From Octopus vulgaris (lineage: Eukaryota), in the NCBI GenBank assembly GCA_951406725.2, contig OX597824.1, forward strand, positions 79,732,001 through 79,796,000: a DNA stretch of 64,000 nt. The letters are read 5' to 3'. The notes below the pieces were generated by a model that was given only the letters and a program-made list of their open reading frames with translations, was not told the origin of the DNA and made no database searches. Below are positions 28,040-43,124 of the stretch, piece after piece (within the stretch, counting starts at the first letter, position 1; every line of letters starts with the position of its first letter). The translations under genes were made by a program, and so were the position numbers.

Positions 28040-28410
28040 ATTTATTTAATAATAATAAAGAGTAAAATTAATTAATTAATTAATTAATAATTAATAATTT
28101 TACCAAGTAGCTCGGCATGTTAAAAGAACCGTTATTGGTAAACCTATACAAAAATTCTATAATTATGAGCATAATTATAATTAGGGTTTTTTGCTGAACC
28201 CTAATTATAATTATACTCATAATTATAGAATTTTTGTATAAACTTTATTTAATATAGAATGTAGTGGAGAGTGAGTCTGATATTTAGCAGTCCTAAGATG
28301 TAGCAATCACAATTTGGCTAAGCTTCTCTGATGAGGTCTTATAATGCTGAAACAAGTCTCCTGGAGTTGTCACAATATCCGTCCTGCATTTGATTTTGTT
28401 CTCCATCTCA
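28040..28410. mobile_element. Penelope-like terminal remnant with 44-bp fold-back and degenerate CTGATGA..GAAA core
   Basis: Shares ttttaccaagtag.tcgg.atgtt (reverse complement) and ttgctgaacc.taattataattatac with 43120-43630. Inverted repeat at 28145-28240. Confidence 0.6.
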
Positions 28411-28474
28411 ATCAAAATATAAAACGAGTCGTTATTGTGTGGATGCTTAGGGTGAGACAGTGAAAACGAGAGAA

Positions 28475-28507
<33 letters not shown>

Positions 28508-28639
28508 AGGAAAGAGAGAGAGAAAGAAAGAGAGAGAGAGAGATGTAGTTAAACAGTCATGAGATGAAGAGTTGAGCTTATTTGAATGCGCATCTTCAGC
28601 TTTCAATGATTGTAGTTTCTGCTGTTGTTGTTGTTGTAG

Positions 28640-28805
28640 TTGTTGTTTGTGGCTGTTCTGGCGGTCGTCATTTTTGCTAACGTTCTTATTTTCTTAGTCT
28701 TAATCCACAAGAGAAAAAGAAGGAGCGAACGGAGCGAACGGTGTAATAGTGAAGTCGGTATCCATAAAAGTGAACGAAAGATGCCCATCAATTTCATGAG
28801 TTCAG
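28640..28805 (+). CDS. Candidate exon encoding a transmembrane helix plus basic juxtamembrane cluster (or a 5'UTR/first coding exon MPINFMSS)
   Basis: Preceded by ttgttgttgtAG and followed by the strong donor CAG|GTATGT. Open frame LLFVAVLAVVIFANVLIFLVLIHKRKRRSERSERCNSEVGIHKSERKMPINFMSS. No homology recognised. Confidence 0.35.
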
Positions 28806-29029
28806 GTATGTTTTATATATATGCCGACCTATATTTATTAACTCGCATTCGTTTAGAAAGAAATCGTTGTTGCTGTCTTAACTCAAAGATGCTTTGTCAC
28901 TTTTGTTTGTGACTGGCTTGAATTCGATAAAAGACCTGAATAAATCTCAAAGAAACGCACACATACACACGTATACAGATGCACGGACACACAGACACAC
29001 ACATATATAAATAAGTATGTAAACATATA

Positions 29030-29776
<747 letters not shown>

Positions 29777-30175
29777 TCAACAATCGTAAGATATTTGAAG
29801 CTGGCTTATAACATAAATCTTTTCGCTGTATCCAAAGCTTCTAAACCAAACCGATGCATCTGTAAGAAATATATTGTCGTCACAGTCGAATGTATTTATC
29901 TCCCCTGAGATTGCTCTCGGCTATTATTTACTGTTTAAGAGACAAACTGTGAGTGTTAAACATTAAACTTGCTTTTGAGTCTGTTTTTAATGGAAGAAAG
30001 ATGTTCGGTGAAGTGACTGGAATGGTTTGGAGGAGCAGCTGGAGTTGCTAAAGGAAGGAGCGGTGCAGTGTAAGGGATGAAGGGGGTATTTGACAGATCG
30101 AAACACAAACAATACCGTTGTGTTAGCACTTTGATTGATTAATTTAGTGTGTATGTATATATGTATGTCTGTCTG

Positions 30176-30500
<325 letters not shown>

Positions 30501-30507
30501 ATATCTA

Positions 30508-30600
<93 letters not shown>

Positions 30601-30622
30601 ATACACACACATGCATACATAT

Positions 30623-30785
30623 TGGCGCAGGCGTGGCTGTGTAGCAAGAAGCGTGCTTACCAACCACGTCCGGGTTCAATCCCACTCCCTCGCACGTTGG
30701 GCAAATGTTTTCTACTATGGCCTTAGGACAGCCGAAGCCTTGTGAATGGATTTGGTTAACGGAAACTACTTGAAGCTCGTTGTAT
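30623..30785 (+). mobile_element. SINE B 5' half, diverged
   Basis: ggcgcaggcgtggctgtgt...agccttgtgaatggatttgg. Confidence 0.8.
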
Positions 30786-30810
30786 ACACACACATGCGCG
30801 CGCGCACACA

Positions 30811-30876
<66 letters not shown>

Positions 30877-31104
30877 GAGTTCAGATTTACAGAAAACAAA
30901 ATACGAAAACTGGCGAGGGAACAACAAGCAGGTGTATTAGTTTGACGCTCGGGAAGAATGGAAAAGTCTTTAGCGTTTCGAGCCTACATTCTTCGACAAA
31001 GGGTTGAGAAGAAAAAAAAAAAGAAATAGATCGAAAAAAAATTAATAAAAACGGGATGTGAAAAAAAACAAGCAAACGGTGAAAGAAAATAAAATAAAAT
31101 GTGT

Positions 31105-31275
31105 AGGGATTAACGGATACTCGACCCCAGTGCATAACTGGTACTTAATTCATCGACCCCGAAAGGATGAAAAGCAAAGTCGACCTCGGCGAAATTTGAA
31201 CTCAGAACGCAGCGGCGGACGAAATACCACAAAGCATTTCGCCCGGCGTGCTAACGTTTCTGCCAGTTCGCCCCC
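31105..31275 (-). mobile_element. SINE A copy
   Basis: Consensus head and central domain. Confidence 0.88.
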
Positions 31276-31607
31276 CATCATAAGCCCTTTGTTTCAATCC
31301 CTCTGCGTGACTCTTGGTACAAGCGTCTGTGATGTGCCTGTGTGTATATGAGTTTGTGCGTGCAGATTATTCTCTGTTATGATGTAAGGATAGACAAGTG
31401 TAGGCACAGCTGTGTGGTCAAGAAGCTCGCTTTGAAACCCTATGGTTTCAGGTTCAGTCGGGTTCCAGTCATATTACGCGGAACCTTGGGCTATTGTCTT
31501 TTGCTATAGTCCCGGACTAACCAATGCCTTGAGCCTTAAGATTGACTTTGGTTGATGGAAACTTTTAGAAAGTCCGTCGTATAAATATAATAATAATAAT
31601 AATAATG

Positions 31608-31655
<48 letters not shown>

Positions 31656-31734
31656 TAAGTAATATATAAATATATGCATATATACATACATATATGTACA
31701 TACCTACACATATATGTATATATACATGCATATA

Positions 31735-32100
31735 TGGGTACAGGACATCAAAAAACGTTGAACACAATGAGAAACGAAAACATAAAAACAAAAACATAGA
31801 AAACGAACTTTTTTTTCGAACTACGAAAAAAACAGAGAAACGAGATATACAACATAAAGAATATTCCCCTTCATCAGTTGTCCTTGTTTCAATTACTCCG
31901 CATTTCGAAGGTAAGGACAAGACGCGACTTCATTGAAACAGTCCTTCCCGCAAAGCAAATTAAATAAAATTTTGCGGAGGGTGAAAGTGGTAACAAGAAC
32001 AGGACAGTGAGAACAAAACAGTGAAAACAAACGTTGAGGGTTGTTAAGCCAAGACGATAGAAAAAATTTTCTGAACGCTAGGACGAGCTTATGAAGGAGA
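31735..32100. mobile_element. Interspersed repeat family E (PLE-like terminal region); second copy at 62975-63450
   Basis: caggacat..aaaaacgt..gagaaacgaaaacataaaa...cccttcatcagtt...aagccaagacgat is shared between the copies, and both abut TA-rich tracts. Confidence 0.75.
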
Positions 32101-32129
32101 GAGTATATATATAATGAGGGTCGGTTTAA

Positions 32130-32191
32130 GGAGTTACCATGGATTTCTCGCTCATAAGGGGTTTAGCCTTTACGGCGTATCTTCAGACCCC
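32130..32191 (-). ncRNA. Minimal type I hammerhead ribozyme-like motif
   Basis: Minus strand reads GGGGT-CTGAAGA-tacgc...gcga-GAAA-tccatgg-TA-ACTCC: 5-bp stem I (one G-U), near-palindromic stem III, GUA site. Confidence 0.55.
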
Positions 32192-32348
32192 AAACAGTGC
32201 TGGCCTAACACCTCTTCAAAACATGGAAGGGGAAATGCCGAGGTGATTATTTCCCTTTGCCATTGGTCATCGAGCTTCATTGGCATCGAGGAACTGCTCC
32301 ACATCTCAACGTCTTCTTTTTCCGCAAGTTTATGTATTTCTACAAACA

Positions 32349-32431
<83 letters not shown>

Positions 32432-32538
32432 TAAGGGTGCTACAAGTGGCACCAGCACGCTAAAAATAGCAGCTTAATGGTTACTTACGCATGCTATACC
32501 ATTTGATATTATTGTAAACAATGGTATCCTTATATCTA

Positions 32539-32623
<85 letters not shown>

Positions 32624-32653
32624 GTATATATGTATGTCTGTATATGTGTGTGT

Positions 32654-32684
<31 letters not shown>

Positions 32685-33130
32685 AGTGTCAATGTGTTTC
32701 AGGTTTGTGTAATATATAACTGAATAAAATGCATTCATTATGTAAACCTTCCATAGTCAATGGATGCATTTTTAAATATCTATTAGGTAAACCTGAAACG
32801 TGCGTATTAAATGATTTCAACATATTACTATTTGGTTTCACTTCATTATTACAACTTATTCAACTCACTGCCAGTAGAAACTAGCTCGTCTAGACTCCAC
32901 TCGTCTAGACTCTACTTATGCGGTTACTCAGACAACGATTTGGAGTAGTTTGGTATAATTGACTTTAGTTGAAAATTCTGGTAACGTGCGCCGGTTCTGA
33001 GGGTAACACGAAATACACACACAAACGCTCTCTCTCTCTCACACACACACATACATGTTGTTCATGCACCTATTTTCGTTCTTTGTTTTTCTATAAATTT
33101 CAACTATATACATATATAAACACGCACACA

Positions 33131-33180
<50 letters not shown>

Positions 33181-33193
33181 TATATGTATATGA

Positions 33194-33236
<43 letters not shown>

Positions 33237-33248
33237 CATATATATATA

Positions 33249-33290
<42 letters not shown>

Positions 33291-33404
33291 TATATGTGTA
33301 AACATATATGTACATAAACATTTATATATTTATTATATGTATATGAATACATATATATATATGTAGATGAATATATATATATATATAATATATGTATATG
33401 AATG

Positions 33405-33451
<47 letters not shown>

Positions 33452-33729
33452 GTATATATATATATATGTATGTACACACTTCTGTGTGTGTATGTATGTT
33501 TGCGTGTGTCTTTGTGTTTGTGTTTATCCCCTTCCAACCATCGTTTGCCAACCCGTGCTGGTTTGTTTACGTCCCTGTAACTAATGGTGCGGCGAATGAG
33601 ACCGACAGAATAAGTAACATACTTCTAAAAAAAAAAAATGACTATACCTGTCAAGGTGGTACTCCAGTATGGCCTTAGACAGTTCAAAGACAGAAGCTAA
33701 TAAAAAAAATATATATCTATATATTATTA

Positions 33730-33925
33730 GTTTTGAAAATTTGGAACAAGGCCAGCGAGTTCAAGGACGAATATAAGTCGGTTACAACGATTCCAATGTT
33801 CAACTGGTGCTTGTTTTATCGACCCCCAAAAGGATAAAAAAATAAAGTCGACTTCCGCAGAATTTGAACTCTGAATGTAAAGACGAACCAAATGCCGCTT
33901 AGCACTCTGTCAGCTTGCCGTCTTA
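33730..33925 (-). mobile_element. SINE A short-tail, diverged
   Basis: aatttggaacaaggccagc...aagtcgacttccgcagaatttgaactc. Confidence 0.8.
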
Positions 33926-34016
33926 ATATACCTATACATACATACATACATACATACATACACATACATACATACATACATACATACATACATACATACA
34001 TACATACATACATACA

Positions 34017-34048
<32 letters not shown>

Positions 34049-34359
34049 CATACATACATATATATGTGTTTTAATCATTATCTTTTATTAATCTTTTAAT
34101 ACTTTTGATATATATTTAAAATATTATAAAATAATTAATTTTATGTATTGGCTTAAGTTTTTCATTGTTTGATTTGCCTAATAGTGGTTTTATCTCTAAT
34201 TTAATATAATATAATATTTTACTATAAAATTGGATTCAATCCTAAATCTGATTTTTCCCTGTAAGTTTGGATTTATTCCCTAATATTTTATTATTAATAT
34301 ATATATATATATATATAACTAATATTTCATATATATGTATATATATATATACACAAATA

Positions 34360-34452
<93 letters not shown>

Positions 34453-34599
34453 TGATGTATAAATGTAATAACTTACAAGTGAGCTATCTATGTATAGATA
34501 AGATAGTAATATATCTCTACAATATTTGTAAATCAATATAATATTAGTATTATTATCACACCAGGGAACGCTCTCGGGGCCTAACAAGAAGCGTAAACA

Positions 34600-34760
34600 C
34601 ATCCCTCCATCTTTACTGATCAGAAGCTTACTTTATGTTGTCCACCATCTTTTACGGCCCCTGTTAATTCCCTGATGTTGTTCAACCACTCCATTTATGA
34701 CATTCCTCTACATCTTTCACTTGGTGCTTGCCCATGCATAACTATACTCACCCGATTAGT
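34600..34760 (-). mobile_element. Decayed RTE-clade LINE 3' coding remnant
   Basis: A minus frame reads GQAPSERCRGMS*MEWLNNIRELTG, resembling the RTE ORF C-terminal G..R.RGRP...W.DNI...TG motif. Confidence 0.4.
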
Positions 34761-34949
34761 GATTTCCAACCTTTTAACTTCAAAGGTTCCCTTTTATTTA
34801 AACGAAGTATTCCAAAACCTTTCAAAATTTCGAAATATCTGTCAACACAATAAACTGATTTTATTAACGGACAACAAACTCGTTTTCCTAGTTCCATCTT
34901 TCAATCGGAAAAAAAAAAATATTTGTAGCTGAATAATTGTATCATTTTG

Positions 34950-35155
34950 CGAGCTGGCGGAATCGTTAGCACGCCGGACGAAATGCGTAGTAGTATTTCT
35001 TCCGGTTCTATATGCTTTGAGTTCAAATGCCACCGGGGTCGACTTTGCTTGTCATCTTTTCAAGATCGATAAAATAAGTACCAGTTGAGCACTGGGGTTG
35101 ATGCAATCGATTAACTACCTCCCCACCTGAAAATTACTGGTAGAGTGCCAAATCT
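34950..35155 (+). mobile_element. SINE A short-tail
   Basis: gagctggcggaatcgttagcacgccgg...aagtaccagttgagcactgggg. Confidence 0.82.
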
Positions 35156-35191
35156 GTAAAAAAAAAAAGAAAAGAAAAAAATTATCTACAC

Positions 35192-35583
35192 TAGGCGTAG
35201 GAGTGGCTGTGTGGTAAGTACCTTGCTTACCAGCCACATGGTTCCGGGTTCAGTCCCACTGCGTGGCACCTTGGGCAAGTGTCTTCTGCTATAGCCTCGG
35301 GCCGACCAAAGCCTTGTGAGTGGATTTGGTAGACGGAAACTGAAAGAAGCCTGTCGTATATATATATATATATGTATGTGTGTATATGTTTGTGTGTTTG
35401 TCCCCCAAGCATCGCTTGACAACCGATGCTGGTGTGTTTATGTCCCCGTAACTTAACGGTTCAGCGAAAGAGGCCGATAGAATAAGTACTAGGCTTCCAA
35501 AAAATAAGTCCCGGGGTCGATTTGCTCGACTAAAGGCGGTGCTCCAGCATGGCCACAGTCAAATGACTGAAACAAGTAAAGAG
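35192..35583 (+). mobile_element. SINE B, full length
   Basis: Full consensus from head to tail. Confidence 0.93.
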
Positions 35584-35674
35584 AATACTTCACTTCAGCC
35601 TTTGGAAATTTTGGACATAACTTTGTAAATCCAGCTCCATACGTCTACCACTTCATGTCGGGTTTTTAATATTG

Positions 35675-36125
35675 ATTTCAAATTTTGGCACATGGCCAGC
35701 AATCTCAGGGGAGGGGGTAAGTCGATTACATCGACCCCAGTGCTCAACTGATACTTGTTTAATCGTCCCCGAAAGGAAGAAGGCAAAGCTGATCGCGGCG
35801 GCATTTAATCTGAGAACGTAAAGACGGATAAAATACCTATTTCTTTATTACCCACAAGGGGCTAAACACAGAGGGGACAAACAAGGACAGACATAGGTAT
35901 TAAGTCGATTACATCGACCCCAGTGCGTAACTGGTACTTAAATTTATCGACCCCGAAAGGATGAAAGGCAAAGTCGACCTCGGCGGAATTTGAACTCAGA
36001 ACGTAACGGCAGACGAAATACCGCTAAGCATTTCGCCCGGCGTGCTAACGATTCTGCCAGCTCGCCGGATAAAATACCGCTAAGCATTTTCTCCGGCATG
36101 CTAACCATTCTAATAGATCACTGCT
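35675..36125 (-). mobile_element. SINE A host with nested SINE A long-tail copy (35838-36065)
   Basis: 13-bp TSD cggataaaatacc at 35825-35837 and 36066-36078. Confidence 0.9.
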
Positions 36126-36736
36126 TTTAGGGTTTTTTAAAAATTACATGACCAAACCCCTTTATTTCCCGTTATTTAAGAGATTCGAGGTTCAAAGCCA
36201 TCGATATTACTGTAAATAAAAATTTTCATTTGAATAGATAAAAATGTACTCTTCACAGTAACTGACTTAATAAAAATCTGAATAGATATGAAATGCCGTA
36301 GAATAGATATATTAATATCTCAGAAGCTAATATCGATAAAACCATTTAAACACTGCTTCGCATCGGATATCAAAAAGTATATGCACTTTTTCCGTTCACT
36401 TTCTCAATATTCTTTCTAAAAACATTCTCATATATATTCGATATTAATATATTAATGTGATTTCCATATGTCAATATGATATTGGTATTAGAACTGGTAT
36501 GAGAAAGTGATTGCAATATTTGAATATGATCTGTATGTATCATTATTTTATGAATATATAAAAGTTTGATATAGAGAATTGCCAGCGTGGTTAAAAAGTC
36601 TGCTTCGTAAATGCGTGGTCCCAGGTTCGATCCCACTGCATAGCAGTTCTATTATATTGACCTATAATCTCGACTAGACTGAAATCTTGTGAGTGTATTT
36701 GGTAGACGTAATCTGTATGAAGCCCATTGTGCAATA

Positions 36737-36873
<137 letters not shown>

Positions 36874-36877
36874 TTTA

Positions 36878-37000
36878 AATTAAAAAAGCATGTAGAAAAC
36901 AATCAACTTTCGACGGAAACAGATTAACGCAGACCTGATGGAGGAATTTTGTGTGTAAGCGCTTTCGTTGTCTTCTGCATTTGAAAGCTGCAAATGCATG
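36878..37000. mobile_element. Short repeat family G (second copy 51178-51298), each after (TATC/TGTC)n
   Basis: Shared tcgacggaaacagattaacgcagacctgatgga...gctttcg. Confidence 0.75.
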
Positions 37001-37063
37001 TATACATACATGCGCGTTCACTTGCGCACACCCTCACACACATTTGTACGTGTGTATATATGT

Positions 37064-37104
<41 letters not shown>

Positions 37105-37107
<3 letters not shown>

Positions 37108-37337
37108 TTCTTTACTGCCCACAAAGGGCTAAACATAGAGGGGACAAACAAGGACAGACAAAGAGCTTAAGTCGATTACATCAACGCCAGTGCGTAACTG
37201 GTACTTTATTTATCGACCCCGAAAGGATGAAAGGCAAAGTCGACCTCGGCGGAATTTGAACTCAGAACGTAACGGCGGACGAAATACGGCTACGCATTTC
37301 GCCCGGCGTGCTAACGTTTCTGCCAGCTCACCGCCTT
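37105..37337 (-). mobile_element. SINE A long-tail, full length
   Basis: Matches the consensus along its length. Confidence 0.92.
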
Positions 37338-37381
37338 TCAGATATGTATGTATGTATATTTGTATATATATATATATATAT

Positions 37382-37446
<65 letters not shown>

Positions 37447-37836
37447 TGTATGTATATAAATGTATACACGCACCACGCACATATACATTTATGCATATAT
37501 ATATACTCTTTACTCTTTTATATATATATATATATATACATTGCACAGATATTTCTACAAATGTAAATGCAGCCACTCATATATTTATAGATTAGCTAAT
37601 GTGTAGCAAAGCACCATAGAAGTTTGGGAGTCGGATTATTGCTACGTTAAGCTCTCACAGCATATCGTCTGCAGAGATATGTGGTTCGTGATTGGGTTAA
37701 CATCTAATGATAATTATTAAGTATTAATTATCTACTACGGTTGTTGAAAAGCGATGTACTTGAAGTACCTGTTGAAGTACTTGGAATTCGAACTATTTGT
37801 TTTCTGGTTCATACATACAAACATACATACATACAT

Positions 37837-37925
<89 letters not shown>

Positions 37926-38585
37926 TATACGACAAGAAATAATTTTTGCCGCTTTTTATGGAGACAAAATGGTTTATGAGACTGCAAAAAAGAAGTGCTC
38001 AAATGCAATTGACAGAGATAAAAAAGGTTGATCAGAGAACAAACGTCAAATTCGAGTCAACGACTTCCTATATAAGATCACACCTCCAAACACTTGATCA
38101 TATATAAATATTACCATGGTCCTTAAACATTTAAAGCATACATATATAAAACACAGAAGATAAAAAATATATATGCGAATATAAATACAGATATATAGAA
38201 CGGCCAGCTAAAAATTCTAAAGCGTGCCATGCGACGAAAAATCCGTACAAAATAAAATATCCATCGACTAAAGAATTTTTTTCTTACTCTCCTCGAACAA
38301 AAAAAAATATGTCAAAAAAGTTCATTTCATAAAAACCATGATAGGTTAGAGTCCAGGAGAAAAAAGAGTTCCACAAAATCAAGTCAAACAGATCTATGGC
38401 CATTTCGGGAGTTCACTGCCGAATTGTTGAGATTCCTATTCATCCCGATGAGGGGGTCGTTGCCGAGATGCACTTTAACTCGCAATTCCTACTCATCCTG
38501 GTGAGGGGGTCATTGCTGAGATGCATACATACACACACACATACATACATACATACATACATACATACATACATACATACATACA

Positions 38586-38621
<36 letters not shown>

Positions 38622-38828
38622 TATAATTCATAAATGAGGGCAAAGGAAAAAAATTCTAATGTCAAATATGTCGAAAAATTGGACATATTGTCCATTAACC
38701 ATATAATTTTTCACAATTCGCATGCTACTCGAAAAAAGGTCGACACAAATTTAATTTTTAATATGTGGCCATTGATAAAATTTTTTTCGAGAAAATATTT
38801 TTTTCGAAAAGAATTTTATCCACACATT

Positions 38829-38891
<63 letters not shown>

Positions 38892-38991
38892 ATTATTGGA
38901 TATATTTGGGGTACTTAAAAGTACTTTGCATGACTTTGCATCTGCTTTGCCGTGGGTATGTCTAAGTATTTCATATATTTTCATTTTGTGT

Positions 38992-39052
38992 TCCTCGCTG
39001 ATGAAGGAAGAATCCTTTTGGATTAATCCAGAAATCGGAACCAATTCGGGGA
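38992..39052 (+). ncRNA. Type I hammerhead ribozyme-like motif in a PLE-like remnant (~38890-39295)
   Basis: tcctcg-CTGATGA-a-gga..(aatcc tttt ggatt)..tcc-a-GAAA-tcggaaccaa-TT-cgggga: 6-bp stem I, near-palindromic stem III. Confidence 0.55.
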
Positions 39053-39408
39053 TAACTATATTTCTATGAATTTCAGTTAGTTTGCGTTCCACGTTTCGAC
39101 AGATGGTGTAATAATATAAGTGAAAATAATTTATGTGGTTAGACGATTTAGCGTCTATTTTTCAGCATATTGGCAAAGAAAATTTTTTTTCATTTTGCTT
39201 ATATTTATAATTGTATTTATAATTTTTACCTAAAAGGTATTTTCCATATGGTGGCCACTGATAAAAATTTTTAATAAAATTTTATCCTTATATTAGAGGT
39301 ATATATATATATCATTATATATATATATATATATCATTATATTGATATAAATATAATTACATATTGATATAAATATAATTACATATATATATCATTATAT
39401 TGATATAA

Positions 39409-39469
<61 letters not shown>

Positions 39470-40237
39470 AATAATTTATAGATATATAACAAGATAAAAA
39501 AATAAGGTATATAACTCCTTATGTACACTATATAGCTATGTACGTATGCGTGAATGCATACATACATACATATATATATATATATATGTATACATATATA
39601 TATATAAGTGCGTGTGTGTGTGTGTGTGTGTGTATAATGCATGTGTGTATGGCGAAATAATAAAAGAAAAAGACTTCATCAAAATACAAAGCTTCACTTT
39701 TTCCCACCCCAAGCAAGTCCACGCCCTCACCAAACCTAAATAAACACGTCTATACGAAAGGGTGACACTTGAAAAGGAAAATAAGAAAGTACGAACACTC
39801 TCACGTAGGAAATTCAAAAGGAACATGTCCACTAGCTTTAGAAAAAAACATGGCATCTATGTGGTTGTGTGTTTTAACAATTTTACAACCAACAATATCA
39901 GAAGTGCATTATTAAGGCAATAGACATTATTAATGGCATTGTATTATGATTGTGTGATCTTCCTTTCTTTTCATTATTCCTGAATCCTGTAGCTATTTTA
40001 GAGAAGAAAAAAAATGGCGAAAATTTTTGAAATGTTTAATATAGGAAAAGCACTTCTTCACACAATATATTCTTCATGGCTCCCTTAAATCATCCTCCCA
40101 GACCCTATTCTCTCTTCCTAAATCTACCTACCTACATACCTACCTGCCTACCTACCTACCTACCTACCTACCTACCTACCTACCTACCTACCTACCTATC
40201 CATCCATCCATCCATCCATCCATCCATCCATCCATCC

Positions 40238-40274
<37 letters not shown>

Positions 40275-40470
40275 CCAACCTACCTATCTATATAAATATA
40301 TATAAATATATATAACTATATACACGTATATACATACATACATAAATACATACATACATACATGCATGCATACATACATACATGTATACATACATACATA
40401 TGTATATATATGTATGTATATATATGTATGCATGTATGTACACACACACAAGCACAAACATTTAAAGTAC

Positions 40471-40545
<75 letters not shown>

Positions 40546-40581
40546 CCTACCTATCTAGCTAGCTAACTAGCTAGCTATACG

Positions 40582-40647
<66 letters not shown>

Positions 40648-40818
40648 CGTGCGTATCTTATATTTCACTCTCCAAAAGTTTTTCACTACCATTCACACAT
40701 TGTCACTTTTTAACTTAATTTTCTCTTTCTACTTGTATTTGTTTTACGCATGCCTATACATGTATATTTGTATATTAATATGCGCGTGTGTATGCGTGTA
40801 TGTGTATGTGTGTATGTG

Positions 40819-40863
<45 letters not shown>

Positions 40864-41507
40864 TATAAATGTATATTTGTGTATGTGTGTATCTGTGTAC
40901 GTATATTTGCATCTGTAGGTTGTGCGTGTTATGTCCCTCTGCTTGTGTGTGCATATAAATATGACTGTAATATATAAAAAGTTGTGAAAGATAAATAAAG
41001 CAAGAATTAGCATAAAAACCACCGTATTAGATAAGGTTTAGTACACAATGAAATATTAAAAGAAACGTAAAAGCATATACATACACAAGCGTACATAACA
41101 AACACACGCACGTACACACATGTATACATACATACATACTTACATTCGGACATACGTAGGTTTGTACATATATTAACATATATTTATACATACATACTTA
41201 GTTTCGTATATAGATAAGCCGACATTCGCACATCTATTGTAGATACATCTTTCTGTTTTTCTCTCCCCCTCTCTCTCTCTACACACACACAAACGACGCA
41301 TACATAATAACACATACACACACAAACGACGCACACATAATAACACACAAATATACACATACATGTGTATATGTATCGCATATATAACACACCCACACAC
41401 ACATATGTATATATAATATATATATATAAACTATATATATGTGTGTGCATAAATATATATATATCTACCTCTATCTATATACATATGAACTATATATATA
41501 TGTGTGC

Positions 41508-41568
<61 letters not shown>

Positions 41569-42362
41569 AATATACATATCTATAAATATATACTCATACA
41601 CACACACACACACACACATATGTGCTTAACACTAGACCCTCGCGACTACATACACATTGCATTCCCACCGTCCATTCTCTACACATTCACAACTTGCCCC
41701 TACTCCCCTTACAACACTCCCCCTCATACAAACGCAGCACTCCCTTCATACACATACAAATCATTCCCCCACCACTACCACCACCACCACCACAACACAC
41801 TCACACACAAACACACATTTGCACAAACACACATATACACAACAAAGCACAGAAATGAAAATCTCCACTAATGTTCTTAGCAGGACATGGCCTGAAGCAT
41901 AAACAAAACATTATGAAAGAATATAGGAATTATAATTCCTATATTATTTTCCACACTTGAAAAGATTTCCGTTTGCGCTTCGTCAAAAAAAAAAAATTAA
42001 AAACACGAAGGGAAAAAAATATTTAAGGATGAATTATCCCGATGGGCTTCCATACTAAATGAAACATTTCCATAATAATAATGATTTGATTTGCTGTCTC
42101 GTTTCGTATTTTCCCGTGTTTCTCCGTCATTTGTTTTTTTTTGCTTCTTTTTTCGGGCCCTTTTCTCTGTTTTCTTTTGACGCTTATTAGTAAGAGGGGA
42201 AAAAGGAAAAGGGCGGGAATGGAGAAGGAAGAAGAATTAGCGAAGAAACAAGGGCACTCGTATTTGGAAACAACTGTTGAAGAAGTCTTAAGAATTGAGA
42301 TGTGTCTTATACTTATTTCATGTACTACTTATCTTCTTATTCTATCTCTTCCCACAACCCAA

Positions 42363-42447
<85 letters not shown>

Positions 42448-42623
42448 TTTATATATATGTATGTATGCATGCATATTGTTATATCCATATAAATATATAT
42501 AATTATAACTTATGTATATGTTATGTGTATATGTATATACATAGACTAACATAAGTATTTACGCAAATTTAGAAAAGCAGAACGCCTGCACAGAATCACA
42601 CAAAGGTATAAAACTAAACATTC

Positions 42624-42678
<55 letters not shown>

Positions 42679-43072
42679 CCTATATATAAATATATAAATA
42701 TCTATATATATGGACACATATATGTAAATATATGTATATACATACACGTACAAACGCGTTTAGACGAACGGCTGACTTTTTTAAATGCAAATATATACAC
42801 ACATAGACATATATATATATATGTATATATATGCATTAAGAAATCTCTACTGACCGTGTAAACTCGCTTGTGTTTGTATGTATGTACATACATAAATATG
42901 TATGGGTCGCTTCGGGTACATTGATAAAAACGTCGCACGTAAATGCAAAACAAGGTGGGAAAAGTAGTACTCGAATACCTAAGGTAGAGTAATATGCTTT
43001 TATTAAAGGTGCACAAAGTTGTGAATGCGGTGTTGAGCACTTATTTTCATCGTTCGACATTTACGTGTATAA

Positions 43073-43119
<47 letters not shown>

Positions 43120-43124
<5 letters not shown>

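Noticed and set aside
28328-28372. CTGATGA...GAAA as an active hammerhead
   Set aside because: No register gives both a UH cleavage triplet and stem I pairing; at most a decayed copy.
31860-31915. Permuted hammerhead in family E (minus: cttcGAAA...CTGATGAagg)
   Set aside because: No proper stem III or UH site, and the stem II register is off.
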